DNA of 21,348 nucleotides from Ginkgo biloba (taxonomy: Eukaryota; Plantae; Ginkgophyta), in NCBI GenBank assembly GCA_024626585.2, contig JANKJI020000002.1:70891865-70913212 (forward strand), given 5' to 3'. Under the pieces are notes generated by a model that saw only the letters and a list, made by a program, of their open reading frames with translations, did no database searches and was not told the DNA's origin. How positions within the stretch are numbered: position 1 is the stretch's first letter; each line of letters opens with the position of its first letter. Made by a program: the position numbers and the translations under genes. This document shows, piece after piece, positions 1 through 11,213 of this stretch.

Positions 1-280
1 TCTTGTTTAGAATCTTTCTTGTTGTTGTCTTAGTGTCCATAAAGGTCAAGATTTGGTCTAGACCCTAAGTAGTAAAGTCACATGTGTAGAGGTTGCATGT
101 TTACGGGATGCATTTTTCTAGCTTTTAACTTCATGGAAAAGGTACAACACTCCATTTGGAGAAGGTTCAGTGACTGAATAGAAAAGGCACAATGCTTAAG
201 AGAAGATGTGGTTCTTGATTGTGGACAACCCAAAATCCATCCAAGAGCTAGATTTTATAGTNNNNNNNNNNNNNNNNNNT

Positions 281-1993
281 TCGGGCCAAATTTTGACTTT
301 GGAATAGATCCATTAAGGTCACCCATACCTACTCAACCTATCTATGTTGATCAAGCACTTTGGAACATGTGGTTTTTCTTGATGCAAATTGAATATAGAA
401 GATGATTTATTTAATTTAATTTTGTTCTATTTATTATTCTATTGTAAAATAAGGAATACTCTATTTAGAAAATGGTAGGAATTTATTCCTATAATTATAT
501 TATATTATCTTAATTCACTGAGAATGCATGAGAGTAATGAATTAATAAATGACTGATTTCTCCTTGGTCTTTACAAGTATTACAGATATTGTGATGAATT
601 ATGATGCTTACTTTATGTAATTAGAATTATGATGATAGAAATTATGATTATACAGAATAGGGTTCTAGTTTAGAATTAACATTTTTGATATAGAGATAGT
701 GTTAACTGATGGTAGATTTTGTTTAGTTTAACATTAAAAGTGATGTAATATTAAAATATTAGTTTTGTTACCAAAAGGAGAAAATAAGTTGGTCATATAG
801 AGTAAAATCAGTCTAAAAATAAGAAGAATTATAAACTATTCTCAAATATGGTAAAATATTTTATAAATTAGACCAAATAAGGGGTTTAAGGTTATGTAAG
901 AAGTATTTGGTACATCTTCTCAGGTAAATATGTAAAGGATCATTTAAGGAAATAGAAAGATCACTTCATGAGTCCAATAATGAGTCTTGGCTTTAAGTAA
1001 AAAAAAGGATTTGAAGTCTAAGAATAAGAAAGGAGTTAATGAACCAAGAAATGGTCATAGTTCCATAAGTTATGAGTAATACACAAAATTCTTAAAATGT
1101 GATTTAGGATTAAGTGGAATTACCACACATTATAAAGTTTTGAGTAGACTTAGAAAAAGTTAGAAGGAAGATAAGGAGGATTTTAAAATTCTCTATTACT
1201 AAAAATGTGTTGTTCTATTAACTTTCCAAGAATAACTAATATTTAGATAAGAATATATCCACATGCAGTTCTATTAAGTTGATGAATATAAATTATTCAA
1301 ATAATCATTATTATTTGGTATTGTGTTTGTTGTCAAGTAGTAATGTTAGTTAACTTTCTCTAAATTTATAAATAAAGGAAGAATTCTTAAAGAAATATTG
1401 AATTCTTTAAAAGATCTAAATATTTCTTAAATATTGAGATTCTTTAAGGTAAAAGACTTTAGAAACTAGAGAAATTGATAGAATAAGTACAAAATAATAT
1501 TCAAGAACTAGTTATAAGAGATAATAGATCTTTGAGGTCATTAACAAGTGGGAAACATTTCAAAGAATCTACTTATTTAATGGAAACTTGTTTTGCAAGT
1601 AACTCTTAAATTTTTGGAATGAAAATAAAAATTAGGGAGGCTTCTCTAAGACTTCTAATATTTAATAGAAGTGGAGATGGAGAAATATATATTTTCACTT
1701 ATGATTCCATATAGAATTTTAGAATTATAACATATGCCAATATTAAATGAAGAGAGTTTATTACATCTCTTAGAGGGCTCACTCAAGATTGTTACATATA
1801 TAAGGGATTATTATAGAATTGGTAACATTATAATATAGTAAAAACTACATATAAAGATACTTATGCGTGTATCTTAAGCCTATGCATATTACTTTCAATA
1901 AGTTGAAGAATATTTGATAGAATAAGTATGAATCCATCAAATATTATGATGTATGATTCAAATATTTGATAAGGAGATTACCCTAAATAATCC
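281..1993 (+). mobile_element. Probable highly degenerate L1-type LINE relic (ORF1 remnant, then APE endonuclease remnant)
   Basis: Purine-rich coding-like strand with broken motifs in LINE order. DPLRSPIPTQPIYV (~308-350) resembles ORF1 'FDP...PIWV'. FC...VGHIE (~765-805) resembles a zinc knuckle. LMET (~1577) and EASLRLLIFN (~1638) resemble endonuclease 'LQET' and 'GASGGL..LW'. Many stops and frameshifts; matches are by eye only. Confidence 0.4.
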
Positions 1994-2459
1994 NNNNNNN
2001 NNNNNNNNNNNNNNNNNNNNNNNNNNNNNNNNNNNNNNNNNNNNNNNNNNNNNNNNNNNNNNNNNNNNNNNNNNNNNNNNNNNNNNNNNNNNNGAAACTA
2101 GGTAAGCAAACCATGAAAGATTAGCTAATGTTTCACCCTCAAGAACAAGTCACCCATTGCAAAAAAAATTCCCTCAGGACTCAAGGCACCCAATCCAAGA
2201 GCATCTCTCCCATAGGCAAATGGTTCCAACACAAAATAATTGTAAAAACCATGAAGACAAATCCATGTGATATGATAGAGGTGCATCCCCTCATAAATGG
2301 TGAAGTACACCACCTCCCTAAATATAGCCATCCTATTACACATAGTATTTGGGACAAACCCAATAAGGTTTAGGGACATATAATAGGCATAATGGAGAGA
2401 GCAGGCTGCCTAGAAAATCTTGAAGGCTCCATTCCCATTAAAGTCTCAATTATTTGTAA

Positions 2460-3349
2460 GTTATTGAGAGAGTATTTTGATAAATATAATAAATAAAAGA
2501 AAACTTAAAAGGAATGACAAGATTTTAAAGAACTTGGTTAAGTTATGCAACTTTGTTAAAGGTTGTGGTTCTTTTTGTGAAAGTTTACAATAATGCAAGT
2601 ATTCTTAGAATGGGTGATCAATGCAACAGTGTAAATTATTGCGTCGATCATAAGACCATAAAAGAATGCAATCATTTTAAAAAGTATGTAAAGTCTTATG
2701 ATGATGTGAAGGCAAGCAAGTGGGCACAAAATATAAAAAAATAACATTTATAACAGAGTGTACAGAGTTAATAGTTTCTATGGAACATAAAACATTATAA
2801 AATAAAGGGATTAGTTAAATATTATTCACAAAGTGATTATATGAATATTAAAGTAACTTTGCTATAATAAATTAAGGTGATTTAAACCATTTGTGAAGGT
2901 GATCACTAAAATAATACTGTGCAAAAGTTAAATTATTCAAAAATTTGTTATAATTAATTTGTATTTCTATGTGTAAAGATAAATTAGAGACTTTTCTAAA
3001 TTGAATGTGGAAAGTATTCGAAAAAAAAGAATTGGCAGCCTATGAATTCACTTTGTACCATAGACCTCTATAATAATATGATAGTTGATGATGTTATTTC
3101 TAAATATTGGGAAACATGCCACTCGAATGAAGATAAGTTCAAGGAGTGGACTAAGAAATATCAAATTCAAAAAATTCTAATAATACCAAGGTTGGTACAC
3201 AATTCATATCTAATTAAAGAGTTGATGAATGCAATGGTGATAGGTGATATTACTTTAGGTAATAAATACTCAAATATTGATGGGAATATAATTCTAGATT
3301 TATTCATAATTTTTAATGAAGGAAAGATAATAAACCTGACATTATAAAA
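2460..3349 (+). pseudogene. Decayed coding-like sequence of unknown family, possibly a retrotransposon accessory ORF
   Basis: Open stretches 2553-2744 and 3000-3347 in very AT-rich DNA. No firm domain recognised. Confidence 0.3.
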
Positions 3350-3536
3350 NNNNNNNNNNNNNNNNNNNNNNNNNNNNNNNNNNNNNNNNNNNNNNNNNNN
3401 NNNNNNNNNNNNNNNNNNNNNNNNNNNNNNNNNNNNNNNNNNNNNNNNNACTAGATTTAGAATAACCATATTAAAAAATCAAATTTCTATTCCAATAAAA
3501 TAAAAAAATATGATATCAAATTTAGAACCAACCTTA

Positions 3537-3549
3537 GGCTCTAATACCA
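3537..3549 (-). promoter_or_regulatory. Primer-binding site (tRNA-iMet) of an LTR retrotransposon
   Basis: Minus strand reads ...ACATCA-AT-TGGTATTAGAGCC, one mismatch from the canonical TGGTATCAGAGCC and 2 nt after an LTR-type CA end. Confidence 0.75.
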
Positions 3550-3551
3550 AT

Positions 3552-3973
3552 TGATGTACCCGCTTGGTGCTGGAGGATTTGTTGTCAGTAATGCAGTGGA
3601 AATGGTTGAACAAATCCAAGGGAGTAATCCTCTTCTCACCCTTCAACCCTCTAAAGCTCAAAAAATGAGTAAATGGTCAGTAAAACTGGAAGAAATTGGC
3701 TTCTCAAACTTCTCTATTTACGGGCAGCACAAATATGCATGATGTATCAGTGCTCCGGCGCTGAAACGCGAGCGATAATGCGCCCTTCTCTGCTCGACGC
3801 AGAAGTGAGTGCGTTGAAATGCGCACTCTAGTGCGTGTTGGTGAATCCAGCACAAAAATACGTGCGATCAAGTGTTACACTCTGCAACTTCTTAACTCTA
3901 AGATAGATTAAGAACCTAATTTGCATTAACTTGTTAAAAAATAAAAGTTGAATTTAAGTACCTCCTTATATCA
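3552..3973 (-). mobile_element. 5' LTR (~420 bp) of a minus-strand LTR retrotransposon
   Basis: Begins TGATGTA beside the PBS; candidate far end TATATCA at 3967-3973 (6/7 inverted match). LTR-type TATA context CCCGTAAATAGAG on the minus strand at 3712-3724. The right boundary is tentative. Confidence 0.6.
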
Positions 3974-4399
3974 TATTTCACTTTTGAAATAACACGAAAT
4001 ACGCATGATGTTAAAAGATAATATGTCAAAATACAAATGAATAAAGGTCACAAATTTTATGATGTCATATATTGTCTACGATCTATTGGACTACAACAAT
4101 TATCTACCCTTACGATTTTTTTTTCACTATACTATTATTTTTCCCCTCGATTATTCTTTCTTTTATAGACATTTTGAATATTTTCCTTACTTTAGATTCA
4201 CCTACCTTCTATAAATGAAAGGAAAATCTTCTACGCTTTGAATGATCCATTTTACTACGTATGTACATGAAAGCAACATAGATCTCTCCGCGTTTAGAGT
4301 TTGTTTCATTAAAATAGCAATGCTATGTAACATAAGCTTGTGTGTTGAAAACACGTATTTAATTAAGCAAAAGTATACAATAGTGGGCGACTCGCGTGC

Positions 4400-5273
4400 T
4401 TTATTGGGGCATAAGAAAATGATGCCAAGCCCATAGGCAGATCGTAAGAAAAATGTCATTTAGGCATCACAACACCGACAAAATATCCTTGGCAGATTGT
4501 ATTAGCAATTACAACTTTAAATGCTCAAATGAGAGACAAGCTATTAGCACATTTTCCGCATTTGGGAAAATGCAGAAGTCTCGTAATACAAAAAAAAGTC
4601 AAAGGCGTTAAGAAACGAACAATACACGATATAGCGTTAGTAAGGCCCACTCAATCCACGAGCATATCTCTCCTTGATGTTGAGGGATTTCCATTTCAAC
4701 TCTTCGCTCCCCTCTCCCTTCGCCACGGAGGATTCGTACAATCCTTTCCCAAATGACTCCGCATTGACGTGATCAAACATATGACAAACTCCGACTTTGA
4801 CCTTTCGAAGGCACGAAGGAACGGAAATGGTATCGTTAAATACTGCCCATTGCCAAGCTCATGAATCTCCTGATCTCTGCAGACGATCTGTTGCACTCAC
4901 CATATCTGGATTTCCTTGTTACAGTTGACGGAATGAAACCTTTTTTTCTCCCGGAGCTTGATCTTCTTATTCAAGCTAATTGAATTCCCCCATCAATACT
5001 CGTTTGCGACAGCATATATTGAATGTAGTTTGTGCGAAATTTTTTGAAGAAACTTTCTCTTGGATGGCTCTTCCAGCTCAGAGAATATCTCAGAATATTT
5101 GCAGGAACTTTTCAACGATTACTGGACTTACGCTATCATTTGAAGGTGATGTTTTGTATTTAATTTTAATTCGCTCTTCCAATCATAAGCAGTTCTATAG
5201 TAATCGTGATCCCACCAGAAACCAGTAGGTCTTGCACAACTGTTCTGAGATTATAATTGGATCCTGCGAAAAA
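4400..5273 (+). promoter_or_regulatory. Probable promoter / 5' leader of the WD40 gene
   Basis: CpG-retaining, non-TE-like DNA contiguous with the CDS. Contains site II-like motifs (4428-4433, 4644-4650), a pyrimidine patch (4700-4721) and TGACGTG (4765-4771). The TSS cannot be placed. Confidence 0.45.
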
Positions 5274-6263
5274 ATGGATCCCAATTTGCAGTGCTCAGAA
5301 GACATAAGCCAATTCGAGGCTAAGTCTCTGGGTTCGGTTTTTTCGAATTCTCTGCTCTCTGTTCAAGAAGGAAAGAGTACAAGTTTCAGAAACGAATTGT
5401 ACTGCTGCGTTTACACATGGATGCCCACCGACAACGATAGAATAATCTCTCTAGCAAAGTTTGGGGACCTGTTGTATGTCGGTTACGAGAGAGGCAAAAT
5501 ACGAATCGTTAACATGATTACTGCCGCCTCTGTCCGCATTAAAAATTTTAAGTTCCCAAACGCACCTGCCAAGGCTCTTCTGGTAGCAGGAAATAAGGTG
5601 TTTAGCGCCCACACAGACAAGAGGATTCGGATATGGCGTCGTCCAAGAGGACTTCGTATGGCTTTGAAATTATCAGCCACTCTGCCAACAGTAAAGGATC
5701 ATATCAAAAACTTCATCAAATCCGACAACTATGTCCAAGTTAGACGACACCACAAAAGCCTCTGGTTTAAACATGTGGATGCCATCACTTGCTTGGCAAT
5801 AAGGCTGGAAGATGAGATTCTGTACTCTGGCTCGTGGGATAAGACTGTGAAAGTATGGAAATTACAGGATTTTGAGTGCATTGAGTCCATAAAAGCCCAT
5901 GACGATGCAGTGAATGCCATGGTGGTTGGAACACATGGAATGCTGTTTACGGCATCGGCAGACGGAACAGTGAAGGCATGGGAAAGAACAGCAATTAGTG
6001 CAAAAGCAAGAGGAAGGAAGGGGCCCAAATGTCGGCAGCGCCATAAACTAATCGTGCAACTCAAACCGGGGCACCAGGTTCCAACATCGACCCCAGTGAA
6101 TGCCTTAGCTCTGAGCCAAGATAAGTCTGCTCTATACTCAGGAACCTCAGACTCAGCTATCAATTTCTGGGCAACCAACGAGGAGTCGCTTCGAATGTCT
6201 TACAAAGGAGCTATTCGAGGGCATAAACGTTCGGTGTTGTGCTTGAAAAGTGTAGGTAAATTT
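5274..6263 (+). CDS. JGB: JINGUBANG/REN4-family WD40 repeat protein, 3'-partial (interrupted by assembly gap)
   Basis: First ATG at 5274 in a good context (AAAAATGG); 330 uninterrupted codons. Family signature LPTVKDHIKNFIKSDNYVQVRRHHKSLWFKHVDAITCL, plus WD repeats LYSGSWDKTVKVWK, CIESIKAHDDAVNA, LFTASADGTVKAWE, LYSGTSDSAINFW and GHKRSVLCL. The family call is strong; one-to-one orthology with Arabidopsis JGB is not established. Confidence 0.9.
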
Positions 6264-8957
6264 NNNNNNNNNNNNNNNNNNNNNNNNNNNNNNNNNNNNN
6301 NNNNNNNNNNNNNNNNNNNNNNNNNNNNNNNNNNNNNNNNNNNNNNNNNNNNNNNNNNNNNNNAGATGGTGCTAGAATATTACGTAGATGCTCCTCAAAT
6401 GCAATAGTCAGTTGATCTGTATGATGACCTTATAAAATACCATGTAGGAGATTCTATGAATGAGGTTCACTCAATGATAAGAACATGTTATCATATGCTT
6501 ATAAAAATTGGACAGAGTGTTATTGTCACCTCTTTGTAAGTTTTAATAATATGATTTATAGACTTATAAAGAAGGAAGAAGGGGGTATTCATTAAAGATA
6601 TGATTCTCCATCCATCTGTGATAGAGGCACATATAAATTGCAAAATACATTACAAAAAAATATAAATTCTTAGCTTCCTACTACTACAATAGTACCAAGT
6701 TATGGAACCTCTACTATTGTGGCTATGGATTAGAGGGCAAGTTTATCATTAGGGTTATCTTTGCATAGATTAGGAATTTACTTCTCTCATAAAGTAAGTC
6801 TCCTGAACAAGTCCCTGTTGACCATATTTTATATACCATAGGAATTATGAATATTTGAATGACATGCCCAAAGTGAGGATAAAATAAAATTGGGACAAAC
6901 ACAGGAGTAGAACTCCCCTAGCTATTATTAGGGGTAGATTCAGTTATTTATAAATATACAAAAGGAGAAAAGTAATGAAACATATTTACAATAACATTTA
7001 CACTATACATAAAATTGATGTTGTTTGCATAAGCAAAGAAAAATGTGGGAATAGACTAGAAATAATCCACTACCTATCTCAGATAATAGAGAAAGGTTTG
7101 AAGTTGGTGAGGAAAAGGAAGAGTAACATAAAATAATTCTTGAACACCCTATTAGGGATACCTATCAGTGCTATAAAGGAGGATCCTCAGGTGTAAGTAC
7201 AATCTCAGATAGCTTAAATTATAAAGAGCCAACAGTGCTCAATCCCTTTAGATGAGAAGCTTCTAAATTTATCATCCTTTACCTTCCTTAAATAATTCTT
7301 GAAAGAATATTTTGACAAATATCTTTGCATGACAATCATTGACCTCCAATATTTTCATCCAATAGTGCTCGAATCAAATTCTTTGAAATTTATCTAAAGA
7401 AGTAAATAGTTTAAGGGATTTTAGATCAATTCCTTAGGATACAGAATGAAAAATAGGGAAAATACACTATCATAATTCATAATTGTAGATAAAGAATCAT
7501 TTCCAAGACAAGTGCCAACAATGCTCAACACCAATATTAAAAATAAGTCCTATAGTTTACACAATAAAGTATTCACAATTTAACACTAACAACGCTCGAT
7601 GCTTAAGGTAAAATCTATTTCAGTTACACTACTAACACAACCAATAATGCTTGATGACATTCGTAATGGAACAAGATGAAAATACGTAAATTTCATTCAA
7701 ATGATTGTCCAGGTTACAAGTATGAAATCTTGACAATTACATAGGAAAATTACACTCTTGGATTAAAACAACTTTAGAGCATCCTATACAAAGAATCAAG
7801 ATGACCCATGGGGGTGTACATAAGCTCCAGACATACACGTTGGTTCAACAATCTACAAGATGATGACACCAGTGCTACAAACACAAACAGGGGGAGAATG
7901 AAATAAGGAAGAAAATGACACAAGATGAGAATTTCCTCACTAGGTATTAGAAATCATGGAAGCCTTTGTCCTTTGCTTCCTTATCCTTTTATACAGCTTG
8001 TNNNNNNNNNNNNNNNNNNNNNNNNNNNNNNNNNNNNNNNNNNNNNNNNNNNNNNNNNNNNNNNNNNNNNNNGGTGACTATCTGCCTTGGGTTTTTGTGG
8101 TAACTACCTCTACTTTCTTGGCCTCCAATTCTTTTAGACATCGTAACCTGTCTTGAATGTCCCTCCTTTATATGGTAACACAATATTTATTCTTTAAATA
8201 AATACTTCTAAATTCTCTTTCTGCTAAAGCCACCTCCTCCTTTTATCGTCTTAACATGAACTCAATCTCTTTATTGTATTTACACCTATCCTTCAAGGAT
8301 TGGTTCAATTGATTTGGGTCAAAATTTTTTCCATTCTATAGTGTTNNNNNNNNNNNNNNNNNNNNNNNNNNNNNNNNNNNNNNNNNNNNNNNNNNNNNNN
8401 NNNNNNNNNNNNNNNNNNNNNNNNNNNNNNNNNNNNNNNNNNNNNCTTAATACAAAATGATAGATATGGACTTGATCTACAATGGTTTGATGCAACTTAG
8501 AGAAACACAACACATTAAAGTTAATCTTTATCAATTGATGAATCTTTTCTAGCTCACTAATGAGACTACTATGTAAAACTTTGCAAACTTTAAAGATTTA
8601 CATAAAATTGTAGAGCTCTGGCTAAACTTTATGTTAATCGGCTCCTCTTAAACTACTCTATAACCCTATGACAAGCTTTTACAGATCTTTCTACTTTGGA
8701 CATAAGCTTTAAAGAATATTCACCCTAGGATTTTGAGATTGGCGCTATTATTAGCTTATGCATTTTCTTTTGCAGCTAACTTGCATGCTTAGACACACTA
8801 TACTCTACTATGCAATCCACTTTAAGCTTGATACAATCTCTAAGACATGCGCTTCACACTTCCTTGACAATTTGAACAATGTGTGCTTAAGCTTACATAA
8901 ATCTTGGCTTCTATGCTTGCATGCTCACTTCTTACAACTCTTGCTTGAATGAACTAA

Positions 8958-9030
8958 CACTACAAGAATATTGCAACCAACAACAACATAACCATTATTT
9001 GCAGTGTCGCAATAGTGGCGTAAACCAATA
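8958..9030 (+). mobile_element. CACTA (En/Spm) transposon terminus
   Basis: CACTACAAGAATA at 8958 matches 12/13 of the En/Spm TIR CACTACAAGAAAA. It is followed by inverted subterminal motifs TATTGCAAC (8969-8977) and GTCGCAATA (9006-9014). The putative 3-bp TSD is TAA; the partner end was not found in the window. Confidence 0.7.
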
Positions 9031-9164
9031 TATTATATATAGAAAGAGAGATAAAGAGAGAGTGTGCAAAATTAATATAATTTAATATAATCATAATAGC
9101 ATATAATATTATAATAGTATTTATATATTATTCTATATTTATATTTGATTGATCATATTTATAA

Positions 9165-9309
9165 ATAGATATAAGCATTTGGTATTTGGTAGTATCCTAG
9201 ATATATGTATTTATGTATAGTAAGCATGGTTTATTTAATATAAAATTAATTATTTGTAGTAATGAATGCATGTTTGGATAGATATAAGTATTTGGTGTTT
9301 GGTTATATC
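9165..9309 (+). repeat. Imperfect 32-bp direct repeat (9165-9196 and 9278-9309)
   Basis: ATAGATATAAGCATTTGGTATTTGGTAGTATC versus ATAGATATAAGTATTTGGTGTTTGGTTATATC. Confidence 0.75.
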
Positions 9310-9334
9310 ATAAATATTGAAGGACATGATGGTA

Positions 9335-9822
9335 TTAGATATGAGTGCACGATAAGTTCTACACTTTAAAATAATCACTTCAATTAAAGAATATCGTTAT
9401 TAGGATAGAGATGTATAAAATCTACACATTTGTTCATTCGTTTTCAAGTATAGCTATAGAAGTACATTATAGCTAGACATGTCTGCACTAACTTGGCATT
9501 TGCATTCTAAAAAGAATTTATATTTTAGTGGCTTTTGTATTGTAGGTGTTTGTACCAAATGCTAAGGCATATTATTAGGCAACAATTCACATAGGTTTGT
9601 CATTTCTAGGGAAATTTTGAAAAAGTACCCATGATAACTATTAGGTATTATTTCAAAATTCCTTGCGGTGAAATTTAAGCACCTCTATAATCCATTTCAT
9701 TAGTTGACAAAATAATGATCAAATATGGTAATAAACATGATAAATTGGGTTGGTAATTTATTATTATAAGATTCATAAGTATTATTATAATAACAATTTA
9801 AGGATGATGGATATTTTCTTCT
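9335..9822 (+). repeat. Left arm of long diverged inverted repeat
   Basis: Its reverse complement aligns by eye over ~490 bp with 12110-12602. Shared blocks include AGAAGAAAATATCCATCATC, TAAATTACCAACCCAATT, GACAAACCTATGTGAAT and GAATGAACAAATGTGTAGATT. Confidence 0.9.
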
Positions 9823-11045
9823 NNNNNNNNNNNNNNNNNNNNNNNNNNNNNNNNNNNNNNNNNNNNNNNNNNNNNNNNNNNNNNNNNNNNNNNNNNNNNN
9901 NNNNNNNNNNNNNNNNNNNNNNACATAGTACACTTATTTTGCCATGATGAATAATACTTTAACCTCAATAAATATTAATATTTTTTAAATAGTTCATTAA
10001 AAATTATTGAGTAGATATATACCTTATTGTTTAGATCTAAATTTGACTAATTGAATGTGCTTAATACTTGATCTTGTGACCTCCCTCATATTTTGGATTA
10101 TTCAATGATTTCATCTTGAAGGAGTTATCATCTAAATTGAATTTTAAAATAATTTTAAATGGACATTAATATGTAGCTAAGTTGAGAACATAGTCATCTA
10201 GGTAGTTTAAGAGGCAATGCGGATTATTTTTATGTATGGCATAAAGTAATCGCATTATAGTTAATGGCATTATGAATAATAACACGAGTATAATAAATAT
10301 ATTTCCTAGGAAAGTATCAAATTTTTACACATGGACATTTCCATATGAGTAGAAATTAAGTCTCTAGAATTACAATTAAGAATGCAGAGAACTTTCAAAA
10401 AAATATACAAGATTTGTTTAGTCTAAATTATTTGCAAAATCTAATACTTTCTTAAAATATATTTTAAAGCTTTCCATATTCAAATTCATCATAAATTCAA
10501 AAGCTAAAAAATAAGATTTTATGTAGAAATAATAATGTGGATCTGAAGCTTATTGGTATGCTACTCTTTGTAGGTTTTTTTGAATGCAATCAATCAAAAG
10601 AGATTGATTTATCAATTGGGATTTCAATAGTGATGTATCATGAAAAATCAAATTGAGGTATTATTTCCATCCACCAAGATACCCTTCATGTTCTTTATTC
10701 TAAGAAAATATGTTTGCATATGTTTAGAAGGCATTTATGGGTAAATTTCCATGACATAAAATTATATGCCTTAACATTTCATCTTTATAATAATTACAGT
10801 GATAATTTACACATCCAAAATCCTATCCAATAATACATTATCCTACACACCATAAGCTTCATCACCAAGAATAGATCCAAAGGGTGAGATATACACACTT
10901 CATCAATGATGTTATTCTATCATAAAATTTAGTGAATATATANNNNNNNNNNNNNNNNNNNNNNNNNNNNNNNNNNNNNNNNNNNNNNNNNNNNNNNNNN
11001 NNNNNNNNNNNNNNNNNNNNNNNNNNNNNNNNNNNNNNNNNNTTC

Positions 11046-11213
11046 AACGTGCTACGGTATTGTGTCCGTTTGCGATCAAGAGGGAGGTCATAACTGAAAA
11101 CTAACATCATGTTGAGCCCACATCATTTACAGAATTGGCCAGTTTACTAACGTGCTACGGTACAGTTTACAGAATTGGCCATAACTGAAAACTAACATCA
11201 TGTTGAACCCACA
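11046..11213 (+). repeat. Patchwork local duplication (A..B C A C B)
   Basis: A=AACGTGCTACGGTA at 11046 and 11149. B=34 bp at 11089 and 11180 (1 mismatch). C=TTTACAGAATTGGCCA at 11126 and 11166. Confidence 0.9.

Noticed and set aside
760-800. LVLLPKGENK resembling the LINE RT motif LIPK
   Set aside because: The expected RPI.L motif does not follow; another frame fits an ORF1 zinc knuckle better.
2125-2379. Three overlapping ORFs on both strands
   Set aside because: Short, no recognisable domain, CpG-free; probably decayed TE sequence.
5232-5273. ORF-track start at TTG 5232
   Set aside because: Non-ATG start in a eukaryotic gene; the in-frame ATG at 5274 has a good context.
5483-6178. Antisense ORFs of 65, 149 and 60 aa
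   Set aside because: Shadows of the WD40 coding strand with no independent motifs.
6364-6407. C-terminus MVLEYYVDAPQMQ* in the ORF track
   Set aside because: Read through a 100-N placeholder gap; no similarity to the expected WD repeats.
7889-7900. AGGGGGAG-AA-TG, a possible PPT and LTR start
   Set aside because: No supporting pol upstream or LTR partner, and cut by a gap; too weak to annotate.
7956-11110. ORFs spanning N-runs
   Set aside because: Their length comes from gap X residues.
11046-11213. CRISPR-like repeat-spacer appearance (also 15655-15746)
   Set aside because: Plant nuclear context, no regular unique spacers, no cas genes.
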